This document shows, piece by piece, positions 1-8,445 of a stretch of 33,671 nt of DNA. The DNA lies in the NCBI GenBank assembly GCA_964242675.1, contig CAXTDG010000001.1, positions 1 to 33,671 of the forward strand. Reading direction: 5' to 3'. The notes under the pieces are model-generated. The model made no database searches and was not told where the DNA came from. It saw only the letters and a program-made list of their open reading frames with translations. Every line of letters starts with the position of its first letter. Position 1 is the stretch's first letter. This DNA comes from an uncultured Chitinophagaceae bacterium. Its GTDB lineage: Bacteria; Bacteroidota; Bacteroidia; Chitinophagales; Chitinophagaceae. A program made the translations under genes and the position numbers.

Positions 1-83
1 CACGATAGATAGATAGATTCCCTCCTGCAGGGTTTCCTATATTTTCACCTTACGAATATTGCACCCCTTTAACTAGTTCTACT

Positions 84-114
84 CCGCAGGGGCAAAGCAC
101 TGGTGACCCTGCGG
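84..114 (-). terminator. Stem-loop just downstream of the GH53 stop codon; possible terminator
   Basis: CCGCAGGG (84-91) and CCCTGCGG (107-114) are exact reverse complements, giving an 8-bp GC-rich stem with a 15-nt loop. It starts 27 nt after the stop at 141. No clear U-tract follows on the minus strand. Confidence 0.3.
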
Positions 115-140
115 GAAAAGAAATGGTATATCCTCTATGC

Positions 141-2156
141 TTATCGGATCACTATTTTTTCACTTTCACTGATGGCGTTTCCGCTGATGCGAATGAAATA
201 GGAACCTTTTGGAACAGTTGGCAACGAAACAGTAAAGGAATTACTTACAGGGATAAGTTGCTTGCTAAATACCTGTTTACCATCGAAGCTTAATAGCTGA
301 ACAGTTATCGGTTTGCCAACAAATGTTTCTGACTGAATTAAAATGGTGTTGGCCGTTGGATTAGGATAAATACTGAATGTTGTTTGGCCACCTGTTTTTA
401 CCAGCCGTATACCTAATTCTGTTATTTTCCCATCCACATCTACCTGCAATAATTTATAATAATTACTACCCAAAATTGGGGCTGCATCTGTTAGCTGATA
501 CGCTTTTTCACCACTACCACTTTTGGCTGCAGCCGTACCAATATCGGTGAAATTGCGACCATTGCTGCTACGCTGAATGATGTACTGTTTGTTATTCAAT
601 TCAGAAGCGGTCTTCCAGGTGAGCTGCACTTTTCCACTGGAAAGCAAAGCGGCATTATAAGAGAGTAGCGATACTGGTAAGGCATTCACATTTACCAGCC
701 GTACGCTATCCAGGTTCAGATAATTACCAGCATTGGCATTGGAGTAAACACCAATAGTAACTTGCCCGTTGGTAACGTTGATATCCGGAATAGTGATTTG
801 CCGCCAGGCATTGTTGTAGGGGATATCGGCCGTTACATCGGCACTGCCAAAGTTGGTGGCATATAGCTGAGCTGTGATTTGCCCATTACCCCGAATGGCC
901 CATGCCGTAAGCTGGTAGTGCCCGTTGGGAACGGCAACCGTTTGGAAAGTACGCACTTGGTAAGCTGTAGCCTGGTAATGATTTAGGTAGTAGGCACCAT
1001 CCGCATTCCAGCCATTACCAGCGGAAGTGTAAGAGGCGCCTGTACTACCGCTTTTGCTCCAGCCCTGCGGCGTAGCGGTGCCGGTATTGTCTGCTTCGAA
1101 ACTGGGGTTCAGCAATAGGTTGGTACCGGGGGCAGGGGTATTATTTTCTAAAAAAGCGTTTAGGGCCACCGTAGGTTTTCCATACATATCAAAAGCTACT
1201 TTGCCGTAGCCCTGCCAGCCGCCATACGCTTCTGGTTCCCAGGTAAAAACGCCTAGCCCTTTGTTGTTAGGCAGGCTGCGAACCTTTGTAATTAAATCGC
1301 TAAAAAACCTTTTGGCAGTAGGAGCCGGGCCAACATCCATACCCACTTCAGAAATCATGATTTCCTTGTTGTAACGGGTAACCATATCGTTCATGTTGGT
1401 AAGGCATTGTGTGTTGAGCGTTTGCCAGTTAGACTGCGTTGGGTACAACGACATACCAATGACATCCCACTGGGCATTGTTGGCCGTCAGCCCGTCAAAC
1501 ATCCAGCGGAATAGGCTATTGTCGTAGCCGTTGGAGATGTGTACGATTACTTTTGAAGTAGGGCTAACTGCTTTGACAGCTGTATAGCCAGCCGTAACCA
1601 GCCGGGCAAAATTGCTCATGGAAACAGATGCTTTGCCATCATTCCACAACATGCCGTTATTGGTTTCATTGCCTACCTGCACCCAATCGGGCGTTACGCC
1701 TTTGGAGAACAGCGTATCTATCACATGATAGGTATATCGGTTTACCGTGGTTACCAGCGAATCGAAAACCAGGCTGGTCCAGGCAGCGGGTTTGGTTTGC
1801 TGGCCAGGGTCGGCCCAGCTATCGCTGTAGTGCAGGTCTATCAGCACCTTCATACCCATATTTTTGGCCCGTATGGCCTGGGTCACTACATCGGGCAGGC
1901 CGTTCCAGTAGGTGGCCGGATTTACCCATACCCGAAACCGGATGGAATTGATGCCCTTATCTTTTAATATCTGAATGCAATCCTGCTGTACACCAGCATC
2001 GTTGTAAAATATTTTTCCGGATGCCTCCATCTGGCTAAGCCAGCCTACATCGGCGCCTTTCGCAAAAAATTGGGCTTTTGCCGGTTGAATAACTAGTAGT
2101 AAGAAACCAACGAAAGAAACACACAGGCAGGCAATTGCACTTTTAATCGTCTTCAT
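141..2156 (-). CDS. GH53 endo-beta-1,4-galactanase with a CBM-like beta-sandwich, an Fn3/Ig-like module and a T9SS C-terminal sorting domain
   Basis: The ORF runs 141-2249. The likely true start is the ATG at 2156 (MKTIKSAIACLCVSFVGFLLLVIQPAKAQ signal peptide). GH53 hallmarks: FAKGADVGW, GINSIRFRVWVNP, acid/base GNETNNG, nucleophile MISEVGM. The C-terminal ~80 aa (FSIYPNPTANTILIQ...KGSYFIRISG) match the T9SS CTD pattern. Confidence 0.9.
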   Translation of the reverse strand: MKTIKSAIACLCVSFVGFLLLVIQPAKAQFFAKGADVGWLSQMEASGKIFYNDAGVQQDCIQILKDKGINSIRFRVWVNPATYWNGLPDVVTQAIRAKNMGMKVLIDLHYSDSWADPGQQTKPAAWTSLVFDSLVTTVNRYTYHVIDTLFSKGVTPDWVQVGNETNNGMLWNDGKASVSMSNFARLVTAGYTAVKAVSPTSKVIVHISNGYDNSLFRWMFDGLTANNAQWDVIGMSLYPTQSNWQTLNTQCLTNMNDMVTRYNKEIMISEVGMDVGPAPTAKRFFSDLITKVRSLPNNKGLGVFTWEPEAYGGWQGYGKVAFDMYGKPTVALNAFLENNTPAPGTNLLLNPSFEADNTGTATPQGWSKSGSTGASYTSAGNGWNADGAYYLNHYQATAYQVRTFQTVAVPNGHYQLTAWAIRGNGQITAQLYATNFGSADVTADIPYNNAWRQITIPDINVTNGQVTIGVYSNANAGNYLNLDSVRLVNVNALPVSLLSYNAALLSSGKVQLTWKTASELNNKQYIIQRSSNGRNFTDIGTAAAKSGSGEKAYQLTDAAPILGSNYYKLLQVDVDGKITELGIRLVKTGGQTTFSIYPNPTANTILIQSETFVGKPITVQLLSFDGKQVFSKQLIPVSNSFTVSLPTVPKGSYFIRISGNAISESEKIVIR

Positions 2157-2359
2157 GTCAGGCAAACTTTTTTCAGTAAATGGTTGTGACAAGGCAGTAG
2201 AAAACCCCGTCTGCAATCTGTTCAAATATACATTGGCCAGACGCAACAATATTTATGAACATTCGGTTCGCCAGTACGTAGAAAACGGGTCTTTAAAATG
2301 CTTAATTATAAGCTGCAAAGCTGCTAAGTATCAATTGTGTTACTAGGCAAATGAGGGCA

Positions 2360-3529
2360 CTACATTTTGCTGCGTATCAATGCTTCCAGGTAATAATAAT
2401 CGGCATAAATAAGCGGTACGTCCACTTCACTTTTGGCAGGCCGATGGCCGGTGCTGTGTAGCAAAAGAAAACCCTTGTTTTCTCCTATCGGCGAACGATA
2501 CCCAGCTGTAAGGCTCTGCAACAAGGCATCAGCAAACGCTTTGTATTTTTTGCTCTGCTGGCTGTACTTACTTAACTCGTACAACGCAGCAGCGGTAATA
2601 GCGGCTGCCGATGCATCTCTGGATACGGCCGGTATTTGCGGATCGTTGTAATCCCAATATGGTATTTTATCGGCAGGTAATGATTGCCGGAGGAGGAAAG
2701 CTGCAATTTTATCAGCCTGCTGTAAATACGCTTTGTTCTTCGTTTCCCGGTAGCAAACAGTAAAGCCATACAAGCCCCAGGCCTGCCCCCGTGCCCAAGC
2801 CGAGGAATCGCTATAGCCCTGCACGGTTTGCTTGCCTCTTACGGCTCCGGTGGTGGTATCGTAGTCTACCAAATGGAAACAACTGCCATTGGGTCGGAAG
2901 TGATTTTTTAGAGTCGTGTTGGCATGGGTGACGGCTATTTTGTAAAAAGAGGAATCGCCGGAAAACCGGGTAGCGTTGAAGAGTAATTCCAGGTTCATCA
3001 TGTTATCAATAATAACCGGGAACTGCCAGTTTTCTTTGTTGAAATCCCAGGATTTAATAACACCCGTAACCGGCCGAAAACGGGTGCTGAGACTTTTAGC
3101 TGCCTGTATAATGATGGCCCGGTAAGCAGTGTCTTTCGTAAGCCGGTAGCCATTTCCATAACTGCAATACACCATAAATCCCAGGTCGTGTGTGCCGGTG
3201 AAGTATTTCAGATCCTGTAGCTTTTGAGTATACTGTCGTGCCAGGTCAGCCCACTTTTTATTCTTCGTGTACTGGTATAAATACCACAATTCTCCGGCAA
3301 AAAAACCGCTCGTCCAGTCCCTCATGGCCACCATTTTTAGCTGGCCGTTTTCAAGAGTGCGGGGTGCTGCCAGGTCTGGTTTGCCAGTAGGTACTTCGGC
3401 ACAACTTTTCAGCATTACATCAGTTTGCTTTTCGGCATCTTTTACTACGGCTCCTACGTTTACCGGCTGGGCATAATTGTTATAGAAAACAGCCAGTAAC
3501 AAGGCAAGGCTGAGCAATTTTGTTTTCAT
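2360..3529 (-). CDS. GH88 unsaturated glucuronyl hydrolase
   Basis: 389 aa with ATG start and signal peptide MKTKLLSLALLLAVFYNNYAQ. GH88-type motifs: DWTSGFFAGELWY, VIIDNMMNLELLF, CFHLVDYD, QGYSDSSAWARGQAWGLYGF. Confidence 0.85.
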   Translation of the reverse strand: MKTKLLSLALLLAVFYNNYAQPVNVGAVVKDAEKQTDVMLKSCAEVPTGKPDLAAPRTLENGQLKMVAMRDWTSGFFAGELWYLYQYTKNKKWADLARQYTQKLQDLKYFTGTHDLGFMVYCSYGNGYRLTKDTAYRAIIIQAAKSLSTRFRPVTGVIKSWDFNKENWQFPVIIDNMMNLELLFNATRFSGDSSFYKIAVTHANTTLKNHFRPNGSCFHLVDYDTTTGAVRGKQTVQGYSDSSAWARGQAWGLYGFTVCYRETKNKAYLQQADKIAAFLLRQSLPADKIPYWDYNDPQIPAVSRDASAAAITAAALYELSKYSQQSKKYKAFADALLQSLTAGYRSPIGENKGFLLLHSTGHRPAKSEVDVPLIYADYYYLEALIRSKM

Positions 3530-3661
3530 AGCTATTTACAAAAAATAATTATTGAATAGTACAAGAGATGAGTTACCGCCAGAAAGCAAAGTACACTAAG
3601 ACGACAAGGGCTTTTACAATGGTTGCTTAGAGTTATAGCTGTATCTATAGCAAAACTGCGG

Positions 3662-5398
3662 TTACATTTTTGTGAAGCGAATCTTACTCAATTTATATCC
3701 ACCTTGTACTGCTTTAATTCTTAACTGATGAACACCTTTCGATAAGGTAACGGCTTGTGGTGTTGTCCACTGCCAGGAAGTGGTGCCTGGCGTTGCTTTG
3801 ACAGGCACATTTTCCAGCAAAGGTTGCTCCTTTTCTATTACAATTATCTTACCATCGAGGCTATCCGCAGCTGCCTGGAAACTAATATTGTACTTGCCAT
3901 TTTTTTGAACCTGTACCGTGTATTGCAGCCATTCGCCATCTTCAATAGAAAAGACATAACTACTATCTTTTCCACCTTCAATATCAACCCCATCATTTCG
4001 GTAAGTTCGCCCCCGGTTGCCTACCGTACGCACACCCGGTGTGTACTGGTAACTGGCCGTATCTTTATCGTAATAAGCAACACCCTGGCTGCCCATATCG
4101 TAGTCTATTGCTAGTAAGGTGTAATCGTTAGTAATGCTATGTTTTTTGAAAGGAATGGCGGTAGCTGAAGCAACCTGCCTGAACATAGCATCAGGCACAT
4201 CTCGATGATAAATATTGTTCTTGATTTTGATGGCTTCAATCAACTGCTGCAATATAGTCCAGGCTTCTTCCGGTGAAGGTTTTTCACCCCTGCCATTCCA
4301 GTATTTTACCAGCTTATCATAACCACTTGGCACCACTATTTCCAACGGATTATTGATGCCCATTTTCTTTTCCTGCCACCAGGCCCAGCCAATGCCATTG
4401 CTTTCTACTAATTGTATAGCATGAGTAAACCAATTGTTAGAATTTTCGCCACTTTCGCCCATCCAAATCGGCACATTGTATTTATCCCGCAGATTTAGAA
4501 AAGATTTAATAGCGCCTTCTGTATTAAAGTTGCCGTACTTGTGAAAACTGAGCTCCATGTTACTATCCCAAGTGGGTAAGATACTATTGTAATTATTTCC
4601 AAAGCCATTGCCTTCAATAATAATTAGGTGCTTTGTATCCACTTCCCGAATGGCTTTGGTAATGTCCATCATTAGTTTACGCAACGGCTCGTTTTTCTTT
4701 TCAGCAGTGCCCCGGAAATCTTTTGGATCCTCAAATCCCCAGTTGGGTTCATTAATAATATCGTAGCCACCGATATATGGTTCGTTAGCATAGCGTTGGG
4801 CCAGCTTTTTCCACAGGGCAATTGTCTTTTGCTGGTTCGCATCACTTTGCCATAAGCTTGGTTTGGTAGTGTCTCTGTCGGAAATGGCCAGGTCATTTCC
4901 CTGACCGCCGGGTGTAGCATGCAGGTCTAATATGAGGTACATTTTATTAGCCTTACACCAGGCCAAAAGGCTATCAGTTATGGCAAAGCCTTTGGTTAGC
5001 CAGGTGTTTTGCCCGGCCACCGGTTCTTTCTCTACTGGCAAAGTGTAGAGATTGTAATGCATGGGCAAACGAATGGAATTAAATCCCCATGCAGCCATTG
5101 AATCAACATCCGTTTTTGTGGTATGATTCAGTAACCATTCGTTGTAAAACTGTTCTGCTTTATCAGCACCAACTACATCTGCAATCTTTGCTTTAATGCG
5201 GTGCTGCTGACCAATACCTCCCAGGCGAAACATATAGCCTTCCTGCAACATCCACCCGCCTAATCCCATTCCCCGCAGAATGATTTTACTGCCCTTTTCA
5301 TCTACAATGTATTTGCCTTCTGCTCTTAAAAATCCTTGACCGAAGCCAGATGTTGTAATTGCAATAAGCAGTAATCCGGCAAGCCATTTTTGTATCAT
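3662..5398 (-). CDS. GH5 beta-glucanase/glucosidase-like enzyme with a C-terminal CBM6/35-like module
   Basis: 578 aa with a signal peptide. GH5 motifs: LRGMGLGGWMLQEGYM, FNSIRLPMHY, ILDLHATPGGQG, acid/base YDIINEPNW, IWMGESGE. The C-terminal ~140 aa (GVAYYDKD...RNDGVDIE...GEWLQYTVQV...LSKGVHQLRIKA) look like a CBM6/35 beta-sandwich. Confidence 0.85.
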   Translation of the reverse strand: MIQKWLAGLLLIAITTSGFGQGFLRAEGKYIVDEKGSKIILRGMGLGGWMLQEGYMFRLGGIGQQHRIKAKIADVVGADKAEQFYNEWLLNHTTKTDVDSMAAWGFNSIRLPMHYNLYTLPVEKEPVAGQNTWLTKGFAITDSLLAWCKANKMYLILDLHATPGGQGNDLAISDRDTTKPSLWQSDANQQKTIALWKKLAQRYANEPYIGGYDIINEPNWGFEDPKDFRGTAEKKNEPLRKLMMDITKAIREVDTKHLIIIEGNGFGNNYNSILPTWDSNMELSFHKYGNFNTEGAIKSFLNLRDKYNVPIWMGESGENSNNWFTHAIQLVESNGIGWAWWQEKKMGINNPLEIVVPSGYDKLVKYWNGRGEKPSPEEAWTILQQLIEAIKIKNNIYHRDVPDAMFRQVASATAIPFKKHSITNDYTLLAIDYDMGSQGVAYYDKDTASYQYTPGVRTVGNRGRTYRNDGVDIEGGKDSSYVFSIEDGEWLQYTVQVQKNGKYNISFQAAADSLDGKIIVIEKEQPLLENVPVKATPGTTSWQWTTPQAVTLSKGVHQLRIKAVQGGYKLSKIRFTKM

Positions 5399-5430
5399 CG
5401 TTTTATTTTCTTTTTCTATTGTCCTAAACG

Positions 5431-5500
5431 TATAAACCTATAAGGTCTATCTTGGTGTGCATCGTTTTTGAAGTCCGAAATAGACCTTATAGGGTTTATA
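5431..5500. repeat. 20-bp inverted repeat (hairpin or palindromic operator) between the GH30 stop and the GH5 start
   Basis: TATAAACCTATAAGGTCTAT (5431-5450) against ATAGACCTTATAGGGTTTATA (5480-5500). The arms are reverse complements apart from one extra G, with a 29-nt spacer. The element begins 7 nt after the stop codon at 5508. Confidence 0.7.
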
Positions 5501-5507
5501 ATATTCC

Positions 5508-6902
5508 CTACCAAACATAAGTAGCTACCGACGCTGCAGGCAGCGCCGTATTGATACCTTTTTTATTGGAAGCGATACTGATCTTTTTTTCTTCAGCAGT
5601 ATTGTTCAATACAATCAAAACTGTTTTCCCCTGCGGTGTTTTAAAAGCCACGTTTGGCAATACCCCGTCTGTTGTAGAAGCAATGCGAACTGATCCGGGC
5701 TTTACAAATTTGGCCGCATGGGCAATGATGTAATAAGCCGGATTACGGGCCACACTGTCTTTATCAATGGTGATGGCGCCCAGGCATTTATTACAGCCGC
5801 CACGGTCAGTAAAAGGTTTGTTTTCGGGATCGTTAGCCAGGTTCCATTCTATCACGGTGCGGCACCAGTTGCGGGTAGCACCAATGATCAATTTTTGTAC
5901 ATGCTCTGGTATGTCTCTTTTGAAATTGCCCGGCGCCCCAACCCATTGCTCTGTGAAGTATAAATTCTTGACTGGAAATGCATCATGCACTTTGGAAAGT
6001 GCTTCTATTTTTCCGCCATATAAGTGAAAGGCAGATCCATCTACATATTGGGCTGCATCTGCATCCTGTAAAATGCTGATGGGGTATTCCGGCTTGTCGG
6101 CATTGTGATCGTACACAATGATTTTGGTAGTAAGCTTGGCCGCTTTAAATGCAGGCCCTAAACGCTGTTTTACAAATGCCGCCTGCTCATTCGCAGGCAT
6201 AAACATGCTGGGATTATTGCCGGGATGTAATGGCTCATTCTGTATGGTCATGGTTGCAATACGGATGCCCTGCTGTTGCATGGATTGAATGTATTTCACT
6301 AGGTAACGAGCATACGTATCATAGTACTGCGGCAACAAACTTCCGCCTCTTGTATCCTTATTGGTTTTCATCCATACCGGGGCGCTCCACGGCGATGCCA
6401 TAATACCAATATTCGGATTGATTGCTAATATTTCTTTCAGCACCGGAATGACATCTTGTTTATCCGGACCCAAATCAAAGTGAACTAACATTGTATCTAT
6501 TTCGCCAGCGGGCAAATCATCGTATGAAAAAACATGATCATTAAGATCGGAGGCACCAATACTTACCCGCAGATAGCTAGTGCCAATATTATTTTTATCA
6601 GAAGTGAAAAGCTCCTGTAGTAACGCTTTCCTGGCAGCAGCGTTCATGTGAATGATGTGTTGGGCACTACCACCGGTCAACGCAAAACCGAAACCATCTA
6701 TTGGTTGAAAAACCTGCTTTTCATCTACCATAATAGTGCTGGAATCAGGCACTATTTTCTTTGATAAGGTAATGGATGCCTGCTGCTGAAACAATGTTGT
6801 TTTATCAAACTTGGTTAACCACACTTCTGTTTTTTGTTGGGCATGGCAATACAGCCCCGCCAGTGCCATAGCACTGCATAACAATTGTCTTTTAAAATTC
6901 AT
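5508..6902 (-). CDS. GH30 glycoside hydrolase, glucosylceramidase/beta-1,6-glucanase-like
   Basis: 464 aa with a signal peptide. GH30 pattern: FQPIDGFGFALTGGSA, YLRVSIGASD, MASPWSAPVWMK, acid/base TIQNEP, FTEQW. Confidence 0.85.
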   Translation of the reverse strand: MNFKRQLLCSAMALAGLYCHAQQKTEVWLTKFDKTTLFQQQASITLSKKIVPDSSTIMVDEKQVFQPIDGFGFALTGGSAQHIIHMNAAARKALLQELFTSDKNNIGTSYLRVSIGASDLNDHVFSYDDLPAGEIDTMLVHFDLGPDKQDVIPVLKEILAINPNIGIMASPWSAPVWMKTNKDTRGGSLLPQYYDTYARYLVKYIQSMQQQGIRIATMTIQNEPLHPGNNPSMFMPANEQAAFVKQRLGPAFKAAKLTTKIIVYDHNADKPEYPISILQDADAAQYVDGSAFHLYGGKIEALSKVHDAFPVKNLYFTEQWVGAPGNFKRDIPEHVQKLIIGATRNWCRTVIEWNLANDPENKPFTDRGGCNKCLGAITIDKDSVARNPAYYIIAHAAKFVKPGSVRIASTTDGVLPNVAFKTPQGKTVLIVLNNTAEEKKISIASNKKGINTALPAASVATYVW

Positions 6903-6907
6903 TTGTA

Positions 6908-8347
6908 TTACTTAATAATGATCGTTGAAATAGAATGCGGAAGGCTTTCTGTTAGTGCTGCTTTGCCATCCATCCAAAGATTGTAAGTTAATTTTTGATC
7001 GGTGGTATTCATCACCACAACCGCTATGCTACCATCCGGATTTTTGAAGGCTGTAGTTTGCAAAGCTGCTCGGCTACCGGAAGCACTAATTCGTCTGGCA
7101 CCTGGCTGTATATATTTTGAAAAATGACCTAGGTAATAGTAGGCGTTAGTATAAATAAGCTTACCTGTTCTAGTGTCCGCATGGATGGGTGCAAAACAGA
7201 AATTACCTACATGGTTAGGGCCACCGGTTTCATCCAGCAGAATATTCCAATCCGTCCAGGCGGCGGTGCCGTTATTGAAGTCGTTGATCATGGAATAACC
7301 ATAGCGTTCGCCCAGGCTCCAGTCGTCTACTTTATCTAGCTTAAACTGCTCTTTACAGCCTTCTGTAAAAATGAGCGCCTTGTCCGGAAAAGCTTTGGCA
7401 ACAGCACCTACGTTATCCACCTGCATGGGGCCACCAGTCCAGGTTTCATACCAATGAAAGCCCAATCCCCATACGTATTTAGCAGCAGCCGGATCGTTAT
7501 AAATAACCGATGCTCTTTGATACATCAAGTCCCGGTTATGATCCCAGGCAATAAGTTTTTTACTACTCAAACCGGCTTTTTGAAGGGTGGGTCCAAGGTA
7601 AATTTTGATAAAATTCCGTTCGTCTTCCGCCGTGTAAATACAGCTTTCCCATTTCTGCCGAGCCATGGGTTCGTTCTGTGTACTCAGGCCCCACACAGGT
7701 ATGCCTTTCGCTTCATATGTCTTAATGAATTTTACATAGTAGTTGGCCCAAATTTGCTTGTATGCATCGGCCAGTTTACCGCCGTGCAGCATGTCATTAT
7801 TATCCTTCATCCAGGCAGGTGGGCTCCAAGGCGTTACGTACAAATTCAACTTGCCGCCAGCCGCTGCCATCGCTTGTTTTATCAATGGAATTTTGTACTG
7901 CTCATCATGCTTTACATCAAAGGTTTTTAGTTCCTTATCGCCATCGGTAACATACACATACGTATCGCTGCTAAAGTCGCAACTATTGATGTTGGTGCGG
8001 GCCATGGTGTAGCCAATTCCTTTTCGCTTATCGTAGTAAGCGGTCAGCAATTCCTGCTGCTGTGCCTTAGGCAATTTAGCAAAGGTTTCCGCTGAAGCAT
8101 CGGTCAATGCGCCACCCACACCAATAAAGGTTTGGAAGGTATGTTGAGGATCAATAAACACACAAGGTTCTGTTTCTAGTGGCTGTGGTTTGTCGGTAAA
8201 ACTGAGCTGACCTGCTTCGCCAAAACGCATATCGGTTTTATCCGCCGTAGTGTACACCGTGGCGGTATACATTTTTGCTTTAAGAACCTGTGCATAAGTG
8301 GCATTTCCAAAAGCCAGGATGGCTAAAGCGACTACTAATTTCTTCAT
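6908..8347 (-). CDS. GH30 glycoside hydrolase, glucocerebrosidase-like paralogue
   Basis: 479 aa with a signal peptide. Motifs: FIGVGGALTDASAE, ARTNINSCDFS, VTPWSPPAWMK, STQNEP, FTEGC. Its stop lies only 5 nt upstream of the next GH30 start. Confidence 0.85.
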   Translation of the reverse strand: MKKLVVALAILAFGNATYAQVLKAKMYTATVYTTADKTDMRFGEAGQLSFTDKPQPLETEPCVFIDPQHTFQTFIGVGGALTDASAETFAKLPKAQQQELLTAYYDKRKGIGYTMARTNINSCDFSSDTYVYVTDGDKELKTFDVKHDEQYKIPLIKQAMAAAGGKLNLYVTPWSPPAWMKDNNDMLHGGKLADAYKQIWANYYVKFIKTYEAKGIPVWGLSTQNEPMARQKWESCIYTAEDERNFIKIYLGPTLQKAGLSSKKLIAWDHNRDLMYQRASVIYNDPAAAKYVWGLGFHWYETWTGGPMQVDNVGAVAKAFPDKALIFTEGCKEQFKLDKVDDWSLGERYGYSMINDFNNGTAAWTDWNILLDETGGPNHVGNFCFAPIHADTRTGKLIYTNAYYYLGHFSKYIQPGARRISASGSRAALQTTAFKNPDGSIAVVVMNTTDQKLTYNLWMDGKAALTESLPHSISTIIIK

Positions 8348-8445
8348 ATCTGTATCTTCTTTTTTCTTTCAATAATGTTGGCCAGGCGTGTAAATTCTTT
8401 CCAGTAATTATTCGAATAAATTAATTTAAAAAACTGCTATAATTT

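Noticed and set aside
4-18. (GATA)n micro-repeat and a CCTGCAGG palindrome at 24-31
   Set aside because: These are too short to be meaningful, they sit at the window edge, and they have no functional context.
2157-2249. N-terminal extensions of listed ORFs: GH53 to 2249, SusC-A to 23562, SusD-C to 31713
   Set aside because: The two I checked by sequence (SusC-A at 23562 and the SusC-C listed start at 33658) begin at TTG codons; the GH53 extension at 2249 I did not check. All three extensions precede an internal ATG that gives a canonical signal or lipoprotein peptide. The SusD-C extension would also overlap the SusC-C stop.
7454-7930. 158-aa plus-strand ORF
   Set aside because: It lies entirely antisense within the well-supported GH30 CDS. 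Its composition is low-complexity and R/S/F-rich, and it has no recognisable motif. It is most likely a shadow ORF.
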